64,000 nucleotides of DNA, taken from contig JAHBVU010000011.1 in assembly GCA_019637315.1 (NCBI GenBank), positions 7,242 through 71,241 on the forward strand, written 5' to 3'. The number at the start of each line of letters is the position of its first letter. Within the stretch, counting starts at the first letter, position 1. Of the stretch, positions 36,636-45,400 are shown piece after piece. The position numbers were made by a program, and so were the translations under genes. A model generated the notes under the pieces. The model was not told the origin of the DNA and did no database searches. It saw nothing but the letters and a program-made list of their open reading frames with translations. Source of the stretch: Gemmatimonadales bacterium (lineage in GTDB: Bacteria; Gemmatimonadota; Gemmatimonadetes; Gemmatimonadales; GWC2-71-9).

Positions 36636-37417
36636 GCAGCACCTCCTTGTTCTCGTCGCCGGCCGGCGCGGGCGGCGGCCCCTCGTTCGGCCTGGACCAC
36701 CCGTCGGACCACGCCGCTCGACGACCATAGCGATCGCGCCATCGACCATGGAGCAATCCGGCGGGGCCGGGTTTTCAGGTCGTGCCGCTCGGTAAATGAG
36801 ACGGTTTCGATCCTGCGGGCGTGCACGGCCGCGCGTCCGACCAACTCGGCGTTGACGGCCCATCCCTCCGAAACCAGCACGGGCTCAGGCGACTGGAACA
36901 CAGACCGAAGGGTGGCCAGGCGGAAGCCGAGGAAGCCCGAGGTCGGATCTTTGACGCCCGGCACGCCGGCGCTCTTGCCGAGCAGGTAGCCGCTCCAGAG
37001 GCGGGTCCAGCGGTAGCCCCGGTCCCAGGCCGGGTCGATGGCGCCCTCGCCCACGACCATATCGGCCCCGCTGTCGAAACGGCGAATGAACTCCTGCAGC
37101 AATTCCGGGCCATGGGAGAAGTCACCGTGCATCAGGATGGCCGCATCGCGCTTGGGGCGATTGGACGAGGCGACGGCCTGGCGCAGAAGGTTCTCCGCCG
37201 TGGCGGCGTAGCCGCGGCGGGTCCGATCCGAGTGGTAGGTCAGCGGGAGCACCTGAGCATAGGTCTCCAGCACCTCACCCGTGTGATCGGTCGAGCCGTC
37301 GTTGCCGACCATGACATGGTACTCGCGGCCAAGCGACTCGAACACCTTGCGGATCTTCCAGAGCACGAGCCCGACGGTTTCCGCCTCGTCGTGGCTCGGG
37401 ATGCAGACGTAAATCAT
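36632..37417 (-). CDS. family 2 glycosyltransferase (DPM1/GtrB-like polyprenyl-phosphate sugar transferase)
   Basis: MIYVCIPSHDEAETVGLVLWKI…MVGNDGSTDHTGEVL… (GT-A fold with a DxD-like region). Confidence 0.85.
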   Translation of the reverse strand: MIYVCIPSHDEAETVGLVLWKIRKVFESLGREYHVMVGNDGSTDHTGEVLETYAQVLPLTYHSDRTRRGYAATAENLLRQAVASSNRPKRDAAILMHGDFSHGPELLQEFIRRFDSGADMVVGEGAIDPAWDRGYRWTRLWSGYLLGKSAGVPGVKDPTSGFLGFRLATLRSVFQSPEPVLVSEGWAVNAELVGRAAVHARRIETVSFTERHDLKTRPRRIAPWSMARSLWSSSGVVRRVVQAERGAAARAGRRREQGGAA

Positions 37418-37423
37418 TCTCCG

Positions 37424-38503
37424 TCAACGTGCTAGGACGACAGAACGATAAACGCGCCGGACCCCCTCGACCATCCCGGGCAGGTCGAACCGGGCAACTG
37501 CCTCCCGGGCCCGTTCCAGGGTCCAGGCTCGGCGCACCGCATCGCTCAGCATGAGGTCAACCGCCTCGGCCACGGCCGCCGGCGATCCGGGCGCCGTCAG
37601 GATCCCGGCACCGCCCTCGAGGAGCTCAGGGGTGCCGCCCACTCGGGTGGCCACGACGGGAACGCCGAGGGCCATGGCATCGAGGATGGAGGTGCCGAGG
37701 CCCTCGTCCGTCGAGGTCGATACGAACACCGAACTCGCCGCGATCAAGGGGCGGGGGTCCTCGACCTGGCCGGCCAGGTGGACGAATCCGGTCGAGCCCG
37801 AGGCGGTGATGGCGGCCTCGAGTTCGGGGCGAAGCGGGCCGTCTCCGACCAGGAGCCAATGCAGGTCCCGTCGCTTGCTGTGTAATGATCGGGCGGCCTC
37901 GATCAGGGTCCGGTGGTCCTTCTCGGCGGTCAGCGCGGCTACCGAAACGGCCACCGGTGCTCCGGCCGGGATCCCGAACCGGCTGTGGAGCGGTGCAGCC
38001 GTGGTGGCTCGGGTGGCTTCGAGGTCGACGGCCGAGTGTACCACCGTGGTGCGGGCCGGGTCGATGCCGCTCGTGAGCAGCGCCTCCCGGACCGCCTCGG
38101 AGATGGCGATGATGCGGTCGCTGCGCACCCAGAAGCCCGGACGTCGAAGCGGGAACGTCACCCGTCGGGTGACCACGAGGGGCACCCGGACAGCCAGCCT
38201 GGCCAGGCCGGCAACGACCAGGGCATGGGGGTCGTGCGCATGGAGCAGCGATGGAGCGGCCCGGGCGGCTCGGACTGTGGCGAGTACGGCGCCGGGCGAC
38301 AGGGCGACTGACCAGCGCACGCGGTGACAGGGAACCCCGATCACATCGAGCTCGGCTGCCAATCGGCCCTGCGAGGCAGTGATGACGAGTTGGGGGACGC
38401 CGACGCGGGCCAGGCCGTGGGCGAGGAGTAGGACCTGTCGCTCGCCGCCGCGCCACTGCCGTCCCGCCGCGACATGGATGACGCGGGGGAAAGCTGAAGT
38501 CAC
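37424..38503 (-). CDS. family 4 (GT-B fold) glycosyltransferase
   Basis: C-terminal GT-B sugar-nucleotide binding motif …FVSTSTDEGLGTSILDAMALGVPVVATRVGGTPELL… (EX7E-like). Confidence 0.85.
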   Translation of the reverse strand: MTSAFPRVIHVAAGRQWRGGERQVLLLAHGLARVGVPQLVITASQGRLAAELDVIGVPCHRVRWSVALSPGAVLATVRAARAAPSLLHAHDPHALVVAGLARLAVRVPLVVTRRVTFPLRRPGFWVRSDRIIAISEAVREALLTSGIDPARTTVVHSAVDLEATRATTAAPLHSRFGIPAGAPVAVSVAALTAEKDHRTLIEAARSLHSKRRDLHWLLVGDGPLRPELEAAITASGSTGFVHLAGQVEDPRPLIAASSVFVSTSTDEGLGTSILDAMALGVPVVATRVGGTPELLEGGAGILTAPGSPAAVAEAVDLMLSDAVRRAWTLERAREAVARFDLPGMVEGVRRVYRSVVLAR

Positions 38504-38985
38504 TGTCGGAGAGAGTCCGGGAACAGCGGACAGTTTCTGTCCTCGAAGGCCGCGACCGTCGTGCGCAGGCCGATCATCGGCAGCACCCGATCCGAGACGT
38601 GGACCGAACCCAGGATCGGTGCTCCGCGGATCGGATTGCCTTCGTAGAGCAGTACCCCGCGCGGGCCGACCACCGGGTCGACCAGCAGGATGCCGAAGCC
38701 CTTTTCCGGGAGCGGCGGGAAGGGCCCATCGACGCCGACGATCCAGGTGCTGTCGGTCTGGCCGACCAGCCCCCGTTGGGCGGCGCCAACCGCAATGCGA
38801 ACCGGGAGCACTTCCGGCATCGGGACGGTCACCGTCGCCATCGTTTTACCTGGGTGGGTGAACTCCTCCAGCAGCATGGTCGGCCCCGCCAGTGCGGCAA
38901 TGCCGCACCGGGTGGCCCGCTCCGACAGGCTGCATCCTGCCAGCAGCAGGAGGGCGATCGGTGCAGCGAGGGCAGGGAGGCGCAT
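38500..38985 (-). CDS. hypothetical lipoprotein (signal peptide MRLPALAAPIALLLLAGCS)
   Basis: The start is taken at the ATG at 38985. Its stop overlaps the GT4 start (ATGA). The longer ORF-track N-terminus is judged an artefact because a convincing divergent gene begins 42 bp away on the + strand. Confidence 0.5.
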   Translation of the reverse strand: MRLPALAAPIALLLLAGCSLSERATRCGIAALAGPTMLLEEFTHPGKTMATVTVPMPEVLPVRIAVGAAQRGLVGQTDSTWIVGVDGPFPPLPEKGFGILLVDPVVGPRGVLLYEGNPIRGAPILGSVHVSDRVLPMIGLRTTVAAFEDRNCPLFPDSLRQ

Positions 38986-39027
38986 GGTTCCCAAAGATAC
39001 CATCGGGCGGTAACATTTGACGCCACT

Positions 39028-39606
39028 ATGGGATTCGAAGAACTCAAGGCCCGACTCGACCGCCTGCTGAACGAGCAGGGGCTCGGCCGCCTCGGTCGCA
39101 GTCAGACGGGCATCCTCCACGACGCGCTGGTCGATCTCAAGGTCGGTCTCAAAGACATGACCGACGCGCTCGACCGCACGGTCCGGGAACTGGCTGCTGA
39201 GCAAGAGCATCTGGCTGCCGCGCTTCGCCGAGGTCAGCTGGCCGACGACATCAACGACAGCGAAACGGCCACGATTGCGCGCGAGTTCGCTGATCGTCAT
39301 CGGCAGCGAATCGGGCTCTTGGAGCGCAAGCAGGCAGTGCAGCAGGACGAGCTCGCGCTTGCGCAGCAGGAATACGACACGCTGGCCGACCGCTACCGGG
39401 TTGCCCGTCGGGGCATCGGCGACGCGGGCTCGCGCGGTCCGGGTAGCGAGGACGAACTTGCCGGCGGACCTGCCGGCATGGCTGACCCCACCATCGATTC
39501 CGAGGAGTCGAGCCTGCTCAAAGCCCGACTCGATCGGCAGCGGGCCGAGTCGGTCGCGGATGCGCAGTTGGAGATGCTCAAACGCAAGATGGGGAAAGGT
39601 TCATGA
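39028..39606 (+). CDS. hypothetical coiled-coil protein, translationally coupled to the POT transporter
   Basis: 192 aa. Heptad-like Leu/Ala/Arg/Glu-rich sequence (MGFEELKARLDRLLNEQ…). Its stop overlaps the transporter start (ATGA). Confidence 0.45.
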   Translation: MGFEELKARLDRLLNEQGLGRLGRSQTGILHDALVDLKVGLKDMTDALDRTVRELAAEQEHLAAALRRGQLADDINDSETATIAREFADRHRQRIGLLERKQAVQQDELALAQQEYDTLADRYRVARRGIGDAGSRGPGSEDELAGGPAGMADPTIDSEESSLLKARLDRQRAESVADAQLEMLKRKMGKGS

Positions 39607-41156
39607 CCGGGTCCGATTCGACCGCACCTACCGAAGCCGCGCTGGCAGCCGACCGCCGATTCTTTGGACATCCGTTGGGCCTCTCCACCCTCTTCTTTAC
39701 CGAAATGTGGGAGCGGTTCAGCTTCTACGGCATGCGGGCCATCCTGATCCTGTTCATGGTGGCGCCGGTGACCGAGGGCGGTCTGGGCCTGCCGGTATCG
39801 GAGGCCGGGGCGATTCAAGGAACCTATACCGCCATGGTCTATATGATGACCATGGCGGGCGGTTGGTTCGCCGACAAACTGATTGGACTGCGCCGCTCCG
39901 TCTTCTGGGGCGGCGTTTTGATTATGGCGGGTCATATCAGTCTTGCCTTTCCCGGACTCGGGCCGTTCTACCTCGGCCTGATCCTGCTCGTGCTGGGCAC
40001 CGGGTTGCTCAAGGGCAACATCTCGGCCATGGTCGGTCAGCTCTACTCGCCCGACGATACTCGTCGCGACGCTGGCTTCTCGCTCTACTATATGGGCATC
40101 AATCTGGGCGGCTTTCTGGGGCCGCTGGTGTGCGGCTTCTTCGCGCAGTCGGAAGGATTTCGGTCCACGCTGGCCGGGTGGGGCATGCAGCCGGAGAGCG
40201 CCTGGCATTTCGGCTTTGCCGCCGCTGCGGTCGGCATGTTCTTCGGTTTGATCCAGTATCAGCTCGGCCGGAAGCGGTTTCCGGAGCGAGCGGAGCGTCC
40301 GCTGGGGTTGGCGCATCCGGCCGAAGGTCCGACGGCCTGGCGCTGGTTCCGGGTCGTAGCGACGGTGGTGCTCGGTGCGGTGGTCGTGACGGCGTTGCTG
40401 CATCGGATGGAGGCGATCACGGTGACAGCGGCTGGGTTTGCCGGCTTCATCGACGCCTTTCTGATCTTCCTCACCGTGGGCTTCTTTACCTGGCTGTTCA
40501 CCGTTGCCAAGTGGACCCCGGAGGAGCGGAAGCGGCTGATCGTCATCGTGGTGCTCTTCCTGGGGGCGGCGGTATTCTGGGCCGGGTTCGAGCAGGCGGC
40601 CTCCACGCTCAACCTGTTTGCCGATCGCAACACCGCAAACACGTTCTTCGGCTGGTCGTATCCGCCCTCCTGGCTCCAGTCGGTCAACTCGTTCTTCATC
40701 ATCGTGTTTGCGCCGATCGTCGGTCTGATCTGGCTCAAGCTGGGCACCAAGAATCCGTCCCAGCCGGCGAAGTTTTCGCTGGGTCTCTTCTTTCTCGCGG
40801 CCAGCTATGCGCTGATGGTGCTGGGCGCGTTATCCGCAGCAAGCGGCGAGCGAGTCAGCCCGATGTGGCTGATCGGCTGCTTCTTTCTGCAAACCGTGGG
40901 TGAGCTCTGCTTGAGCCCGGTGGGTCTCTCGGCCATGTCCAAGCTGGCGCCGAACCGGGTCCAGGGGCTGATGATGGGGGTTTGGTTCCTGGCATCGGCG
41001 GTGGGGAACAAGGTTGCGGGGCGGGTGGGCGGCTTGTACGAGTCGTTCTCTGTGCCCTCGATCTTCGGTGCGAATGCGGTCTTCGTGCTGGTCTTTGCGG
41101 TGCTGATGGCGCTCTTGGTGGTGCCGATCCGGCGGATGCTGGCGGCGCGTTCGTAG
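39603..41156 (+). CDS. proton-dependent oligopeptide transporter (POT/PTR2 family, DtpT-like), MFS fold
   Basis: PTR2 signature FTEMWERFSFYGMRAILILFM and ~14 TM helices. Confidence 0.9.
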   Translation: MTGSDSTAPTEAALAADRRFFGHPLGLSTLFFTEMWERFSFYGMRAILILFMVAPVTEGGLGLPVSEAGAIQGTYTAMVYMMTMAGGWFADKLIGLRRSVFWGGVLIMAGHISLAFPGLGPFYLGLILLVLGTGLLKGNISAMVGQLYSPDDTRRDAGFSLYYMGINLGGFLGPLVCGFFAQSEGFRSTLAGWGMQPESAWHFGFAAAAVGMFFGLIQYQLGRKRFPERAERPLGLAHPAEGPTAWRWFRVVATVVLGAVVVTALLHRMEAITVTAAGFAGFIDAFLIFLTVGFFTWLFTVAKWTPEERKRLIVIVVLFLGAAVFWAGFEQAASTLNLFADRNTANTFFGWSYPPSWLQSVNSFFIIVFAPIVGLIWLKLGTKNPSQPAKFSLGLFFLAASYALMVLGALSAASGERVSPMWLIGCFFLQTVGELCLSPVGLSAMSKLAPNRVQGLMMGVWFLASAVGNKVAGRVGGLYESFSVPSIFGANAVFVLVFAVLMALLVVPIRRMLAARS

Positions 41157-41175
41157 CCGGGATGCGCAGGGTGGC

Positions 41176-41209
41176 AAAGGCCCGATTCGCGGCGGCGAAT
41201 CGGGCCTTT
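41176..41209. terminator. perfect 15-bp hairpin (aaaggcccgattcgc-ggcg-gcgaatcgggccttt); bidirectional terminator after the POT gene and the convergent hypothetical gene
   Basis: Inverted repeat read from the DNA, lying 20 nt from both convergent stops. Confidence 0.55.
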
Positions 41210-41228
41210 CTCGTCGGGATTGGCGTTG

Positions 41229-41648
41229 TTACTGAGGAGCCTGGTCTGGAAGGCTTGCCCCGTCCTGATCGAGCGCCTCCGCCCATGCCTCCCACTCTGG
41301 TACCGGCTCACGGCTGCGATGGATGGCTTCGTCGAGCACGGCGCGGGCTCGTTCGGCCAGAGACTGCGCGGCCTCGGCTCGCCCCTCGAAGCGTTCCAGG
41401 GCGCTCTCCAGCGCCAGGAGCTGGGCATAGCCGTGAATCCGGTGCGGGTCGATCAGCAGCTCGGCGACACGGGTCGGGTCGAGGTGGGCGGCCAGGCGAT
41501 CGATCGGCCCCAGCAGGGTGGCGTATGCCTGGGCCAGCTCCTCTCGCACGATTACCAAGGTCAGGCTGCGGTCGCCGCGCAGCAAGCGGGCTATCAGCGC
41601 AGCGAGCTGCTGGATCCAGCGCAGGACGATGTCCCGTTGCATCGGCAT
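41229..41648 (-). CDS. hypothetical alpha-helical protein
   Basis: The start is chosen at the Met at 41648 to avoid overlapping the PhzF gene. Downstream hairpin terminator. No motifs recognised. Confidence 0.35.
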   Translation of the reverse strand: MPMQRDIVLRWIQQLAALIARLLRGDRSLTLVIVREELAQAYATLLGPIDRLAAHLDPTRVAELLIDPHRIHGYAQLLALESALERFEGRAEAAQSLAERARAVLDEAIHRSREPVPEWEAWAEALDQDGASLPDQAPQ

Positions 41649-41685
41649 CTGTCGTACCCCGATTGAACCCGCCGACGCCGATGCG

Positions 41686-42540
41686 TCAGGCGCCGTGGCT
41701 GTAGCTGTTGGCCGCGCCTGTCGGGTTTCCGGTGCCGGGGGCATCGACTTCACCACGGACCATGGTCACCGCATGGCCGGCGAGGTGAACCCGGTCGTCG
41801 ACGATCCGGGTCTCGACTACGCCGCCGCGCCGGGAGGCCTGGTAGCCAACCATGGTACTCTTGCCGAGCCGGGGCGCCCAGAACGGGGCCAGGGTGCAGT
41901 GCGCCGAGCCAGTGACGGGATCCTCATCGATGCCGACGGCCGGCGCAAAGAAACGAGAAACGAAATCGGTTTCCTTGCGGTCGCCAGGTGCGGTGACGAT
42001 GACGCCGCGCGCGTTGATGCTCTTGAGGGCTGCAAAGTTGGGCATCACGATGTGGACGTCGACTTCGCGGTCGAGCATGACCAGGTAGTCGGGTTGCGCC
42101 GCGCGGTTCGAGTAGACGAGGCCGCCGGGCAAGTTGAGCGCGGCAAAGAATCCCTCCGGCGGAGCAACTGGAACCACCTCCAGGCTCGGGAAGTCGAGCA
42201 CGATGCGGTCGTCATGTTCCCGTCGCGCGGTCAGCACGCCGCTCCGGGTATGAAAGCGCGCAGGCTGGCGCGGATCGAGCCGACCCGAGGTCCACAGGAA
42301 GTGACCCGTGGCGAGTGTGGCGTGGCCGCAGAGGTCGACTTCGATTTCCGGCGTGAACCAGCGGAGGTTGAAGCCGTCGGCCGTCGGGCTGACAAAGGCG
42401 GTCTCCGCCTGGTTGAGTTCGTTGGCAAGAGACTGCATCCAGGTGTCGGGCACCGGGTGGTCGAGCCAGCAGACCCCGGCGGGGTTGCCCCGAAACGGGC
42501 GACTGGTGAAGGCATCGATCAGCCAGAGTGGAGCGGGCAT
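41686..42540 (-). CDS. PhzF family phenazine-biosynthesis-like protein (DAP-epimerase-fold isomerase)
   Basis: N-terminal …LIDAFTSRPFRGNPAGVC… and …DEDPVTGSAHCTLAPFWA… motifs typical of PhzF/YddE. Confidence 0.85.
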   Translation of the reverse strand: MPAPLWLIDAFTSRPFRGNPAGVCWLDHPVPDTWMQSLANELNQAETAFVSPTADGFNLRWFTPEIEVDLCGHATLATGHFLWTSGRLDPRQPARFHTRSGVLTARREHDDRIVLDFPSLEVVPVAPPEGFFAALNLPGGLVYSNRAAQPDYLVMLDREVDVHIVMPNFAALKSINARGVIVTAPGDRKETDFVSRFFAPAVGIDEDPVTGSAHCTLAPFWAPRLGKSTMVGYQASRRGGVVETRIVDDRVHLAGHAVTMVRGEVDAPGTGNPTGAANSYSHGA

Positions 42541-42609
42541 CGGATTCTCCTCGAGGTGAGGTTCTCTCCCCTACGACGTTCGGTTCAGAATGGTGCCGGC
42601 GCCGGTCAT

Positions 42610-43587
42610 CTACTGCCCCGGCACCTCGGCGTGGTGGCAGGCGACCTCGCTTGCCCCGATCGGTCGCAGGATCGGTCGCTCCGCAGCGCAGCGGGCGTTT
42701 CGGGCCGGATGGAAGCAGCGGCCGAGGAACGGGCAGCCGGCTGGCGGCGCCGTCGGGCTTGGCGGGTCGCCCGCGAGCACGATGCGCTGGCCCTGTTGCC
42801 CCGGGGTTGGTGACGGCACCGCCGAGATCAGCGCCCGGGTGTACGGGTGGCGCGGGTGGTCGAGGATCTCGTCGCGCGGTCCGATTTCCACGATCAGACC
42901 GTAGTACATCACTGCGACCCGGTGAGACAATTGTCGCACCACGGACAGGTCGTGGGCAATGAACAGGTAGGCCAGGCCCCGGTCGCGCTGCAGGTCGAGC
43001 AGCAGGTTGATGACCTGGGCCTGGACCGAGACGTCGAGGGCCGAGACCGGTTCGTCGAGCACGATGAAGGCGGGATCGACCGCCAGAGCGCGGGCAATCC
43101 CGATCCGCTGGCGCTGCCCCCCGGAGAACTCGTGCGGATACTTGTCTGCCGCCGACCCGTCCAGGCCGACTTCGCCGAGCAGCTCTGTCACCCGCCCGCG
43201 AATGGCGCGAGGCGGTACCAGACGGTGAATCTCGATGCCTTCGGCAACGGACGCCCCGATCGTCATCCGCGGGTCGAGCGAGCTGTACGGGTCCTGAAAG
43301 ACGATCTGCATTCGTTTCCGCAGCTGTCGCATTGCGTTTCGGTCCGCTTGGCGCACATCGACGCCGTCGAATCTGACTGTTCCCGCGTCCGGTTCGACCA
43401 GGCGGAGCAGCGCGCGGCCGGCGGTCGTCTTGCCCGAGCCCGACTCACCGACCAGGGCAAGGGTTTCCCGTTCCGCGACCGTGAAGGACACGCCATTGAG
43501 GGCGTGGGTCACCCGATCGGCGCGGATCCACCCGGTTGGCCGCCGGTAGTGCTTGACCAGTCCGACCACCTCGAGCAGCGCGCTCAC
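42610..43587 (-). CDS. oligopeptide/dipeptide ABC transporter ATP-binding protein (OppF/DppF-type)
   Basis: Walker A GESGSGKT, ABC signature FSGGQRQRIGIAR, Walker B FIVLDEPVSALD and a C-terminal Opp-type extension. A GTG start at 43587 overlaps the oppD stop (GTGA). Confidence 0.9.
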   Translation of the reverse strand: MSALLEVVGLVKHYRRPTGWIRADRVTHALNGVSFTVAERETLALVGESGSGKTTAGRALLRLVEPDAGTVRFDGVDVRQADRNAMRQLRKRMQIVFQDPYSSLDPRMTIGASVAEGIEIHRLVPPRAIRGRVTELLGEVGLDGSAADKYPHEFSGGQRQRIGIARALAVDPAFIVLDEPVSALDVSVQAQVINLLLDLQRDRGLAYLFIAHDLSVVRQLSHRVAVMYYGLIVEIGPRDEILDHPRHPYTRALISAVPSPTPGQQGQRIVLAGDPPSPTAPPAGCPFLGRCFHPARNARCAAERPILRPIGASEVACHHAEVPGQ

Positions 43588-44561
43588 GGAGAGACCCCCT
43601 CGACCAGCCAGCACTTGGCCTCGTGTCCCGGCGTAACCAGCCTTCGGGGCGGTATCTCGGTGCTGCAGGGGCTGATCCGTTCGCCACAGCGCGGGTGAAA
43701 GCGGCACCCGGCAGGCCAGTCGTGCGGCAGCGGTACCGAGCCGGCAATCTGAGCCAGCCGCTCGATCGGTCCGGTCAGGCGTGGCATCGAGCGGAGCAGG
43801 GCGCGAGTGTAGGGGTGGGCCGGCGCCCGGAAGAGGCGCTCGGTTGGTGCGCTTTCGACGAGCTGTCCCGCGTACATGACCAGGACCCGGTCGCTCTGCC
43901 CGGCTACCACGCCCAGGTCGTGGGTAATCAGCAGCGTCGCCATGCCACGCTCGGCGCGCAGCCGATCGAGCAGCTCCAGAATCTGGGCCTGGACCGTGAC
44001 GTCGAGCGCGGTGGTCGGCTCGTCGGCCACGAGGAGGTCGGGTTCGCCAGCCAGCGCAATCGCGATCATGACTCGCTGTTTGAGCCCGCCCGAAAGTTCA
44101 TGCGGGTAGGCGCCGTAGCGTCCGGCGGGGTCGGGAATGCCGACTTCCTCGAGCAGGGCAACGGCGCGGTCGCGTGCCTCACTCCCGCTCAGCTTGCGGT
44201 GCGCCAGCACGGCTTCGCGAACCTGATAGCCGATCGTCAGCACCGGGTTGAGACTGGTCGACGGATCCTGGAAGATCAGGCCGATCTGACCGCCACGGAT
44301 CGCGCGGAGCGCCTCGCCCCTGAGGCTCATGACGTCGAGGTCGCGGAGGCGGATGCTGCTGCCCGGCGCAATCACGCCGGGATGCGGAACGAGCCGCAGC
44401 AGTGCGAGGCTGGTCAGGCTCTTGCCCGATCCCGACTCGCCCACGAGTGCCACTCGTTCCCCCGGATCGATGCTGAAGCTGACGCCGTCGACCGGTACCG
44501 ACAGCCCGGCCCTGGTCGGGAAGGTGATCCGCAGGTTCTCGACCGTGAGGAGGGCGGTCAT
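43584..44561 (-). CDS. oligopeptide/dipeptide ABC transporter ATP-binding protein (OppD/DppD-type)
   Basis: Walker A GESGSGKS, signature [15 protein letters not shown], Walker [13 protein letters not shown] and a C-terminal Cys-rich Opp extension. ATG at 44561 ([10 protein letters not shown]…) overlaps the permease stop (ATGA). Confidence 0.9.
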   Translation of the reverse strand: MTALLTVENLRITFPTRAGLSVPVDGVSFSIDPGERVALVGESGSGKSLTSLALLRLVPHPGVIAPGSSIRLRDLDVMSLRGEALRAIRGGQIGLIFQDPSTSLNPVLTIGYQVREAVLAHRKLSGSEARDRAVALLEEVGIPDPAGRYGAYPHELSGGLKQRVMIAIALAGEPDLLVADEPTTALDVTVQAQILELLDRLRAERGMATLLITHDLGVVAGQSDRVLVMYAGQLVESAPTERLFRAPAHPYTRALLRSMPRLTGPIERLAQIAGSVPLPHDWPAGCRFHPRCGERISPCSTEIPPRRLVTPGHEAKCWLVEGVSP

Positions 44562-45400
44562 GCGCTGCGGGGGTCGAAGGCGGCGCGGAGCGCGTCGCTC
44601 ACGAGACTCGTGGCCAGCACGGTCACGACAACCGCGATACCCGGGAAGAACAGGGTCCACGGCGCGGTCGTCATCGCGTTGCGAGCGTCGAATACCATGA
44701 CACCCCACGACGGGGTGGGCGGTTGCACGCCGACGCCCAGGTAGGAAAGTCCGGCTTCGAGCAGGATGACGTCGCCGATGCTCAGCGTGGCACTCACCAG
44801 AATGACCCCGGTCACGTTGGGGAGGAGATGCCGAAAGATAGTCCGGAATCGCCCGGCGCCGAGCGCCTGCGCCGCCTGGAGGTAGCCTTCCGACCGGAGC
44901 CGGAGCACCTCGCCGCGGACCAAGCGACTGGTGCCGAACCAGCCGGTGGCGCCGATGACGAGGATCAGCACCGGAATCGGCATGCGTTCCCAGACGACCA
45001 GGAGGAGTAGCAGGATGAAGAGGCGCGGCACCGCGAGCGCCGCGTCGACGATACGCATCAGGACCGAATCGACCACGCCGCCCAGAAATCCGGCAGCGAG
45101 GCCCACCGCGGTGCCGATGGTGAGCGAAAGGAGCACGGCGATGACCGCGATCGAGAGGGAGATCCGGGCTCCGGTTGCCACGCGTGCCAGGACATCTCGG
45201 CTCATGCCATCGGTGCCGAAGGGGTGGCTCAGGCTCGGTCCTTCGGCGGCGGCGCCCAGATCCGGCATTGCGGTCGGGTCCGGCAGCACGAGCGGGCCGA
45301 TCAGGGCAAAGAGGACTAGCGCCAGGAGGAGCAGGAACCCCGCCTTGCCCGACGGCGCCCGCCAGGCCGCGAGCAGCGTGGCGAAAAGTGAGCCGGTCAT
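44558..45400 (-). CDS. ABC peptide transporter permease (OppC/DppC-type)
   Basis: The start is taken at the ATG at 45400 (MTGSLFATLLAAW…), overlapping the OppB stop (ATGA). BPD-transporter fold with an EAA-like loop. The long N-terminal extension in the ORF track overlaps OppB and is rejected. Confidence 0.85.
   Translation of the reverse strand: MTGSLFATLLAAWRAPSGKAGFLLLLALVLFALIGPLVLPDPTAMPDLGAAAEGPSLSHPFGTDGMSRDVLARVATGARISLSIAVIAVLLSLTIGTAVGLAAGFLGGVVDSVLMRIVDAALAVPRLFILLLLLVVWERMPIPVLILVIGATGWFGTSRLVRGEVLRLRSEGYLQAAQALGAGRFRTIFRHLLPNVTGVILVSATLSIGDVILLEAGLSYLGVGVQPPTPSWGVMVFDARNAMTTAPWTLFFPGIAVVVTVLATSLVSDALRAAFDPRSA

Noticed and set aside
38500-39300. 266-aa minus-strand ORF extending the lipoprotein 105 codons upstream
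   Set aside because: The extension has no protein-like features and overlaps a + strand coiled-coil gene that is translationally coupled (ATGA) to the POT transporter. The lipoprotein has a clean Met + signal peptide + lipobox start at 38985.
42593-42602. ccggcgccgg 10-bp palindrome between oppF and the PhzF gene
   Set aside because: Too short and loop-less to call a terminator or operator with any confidence. Noted only.
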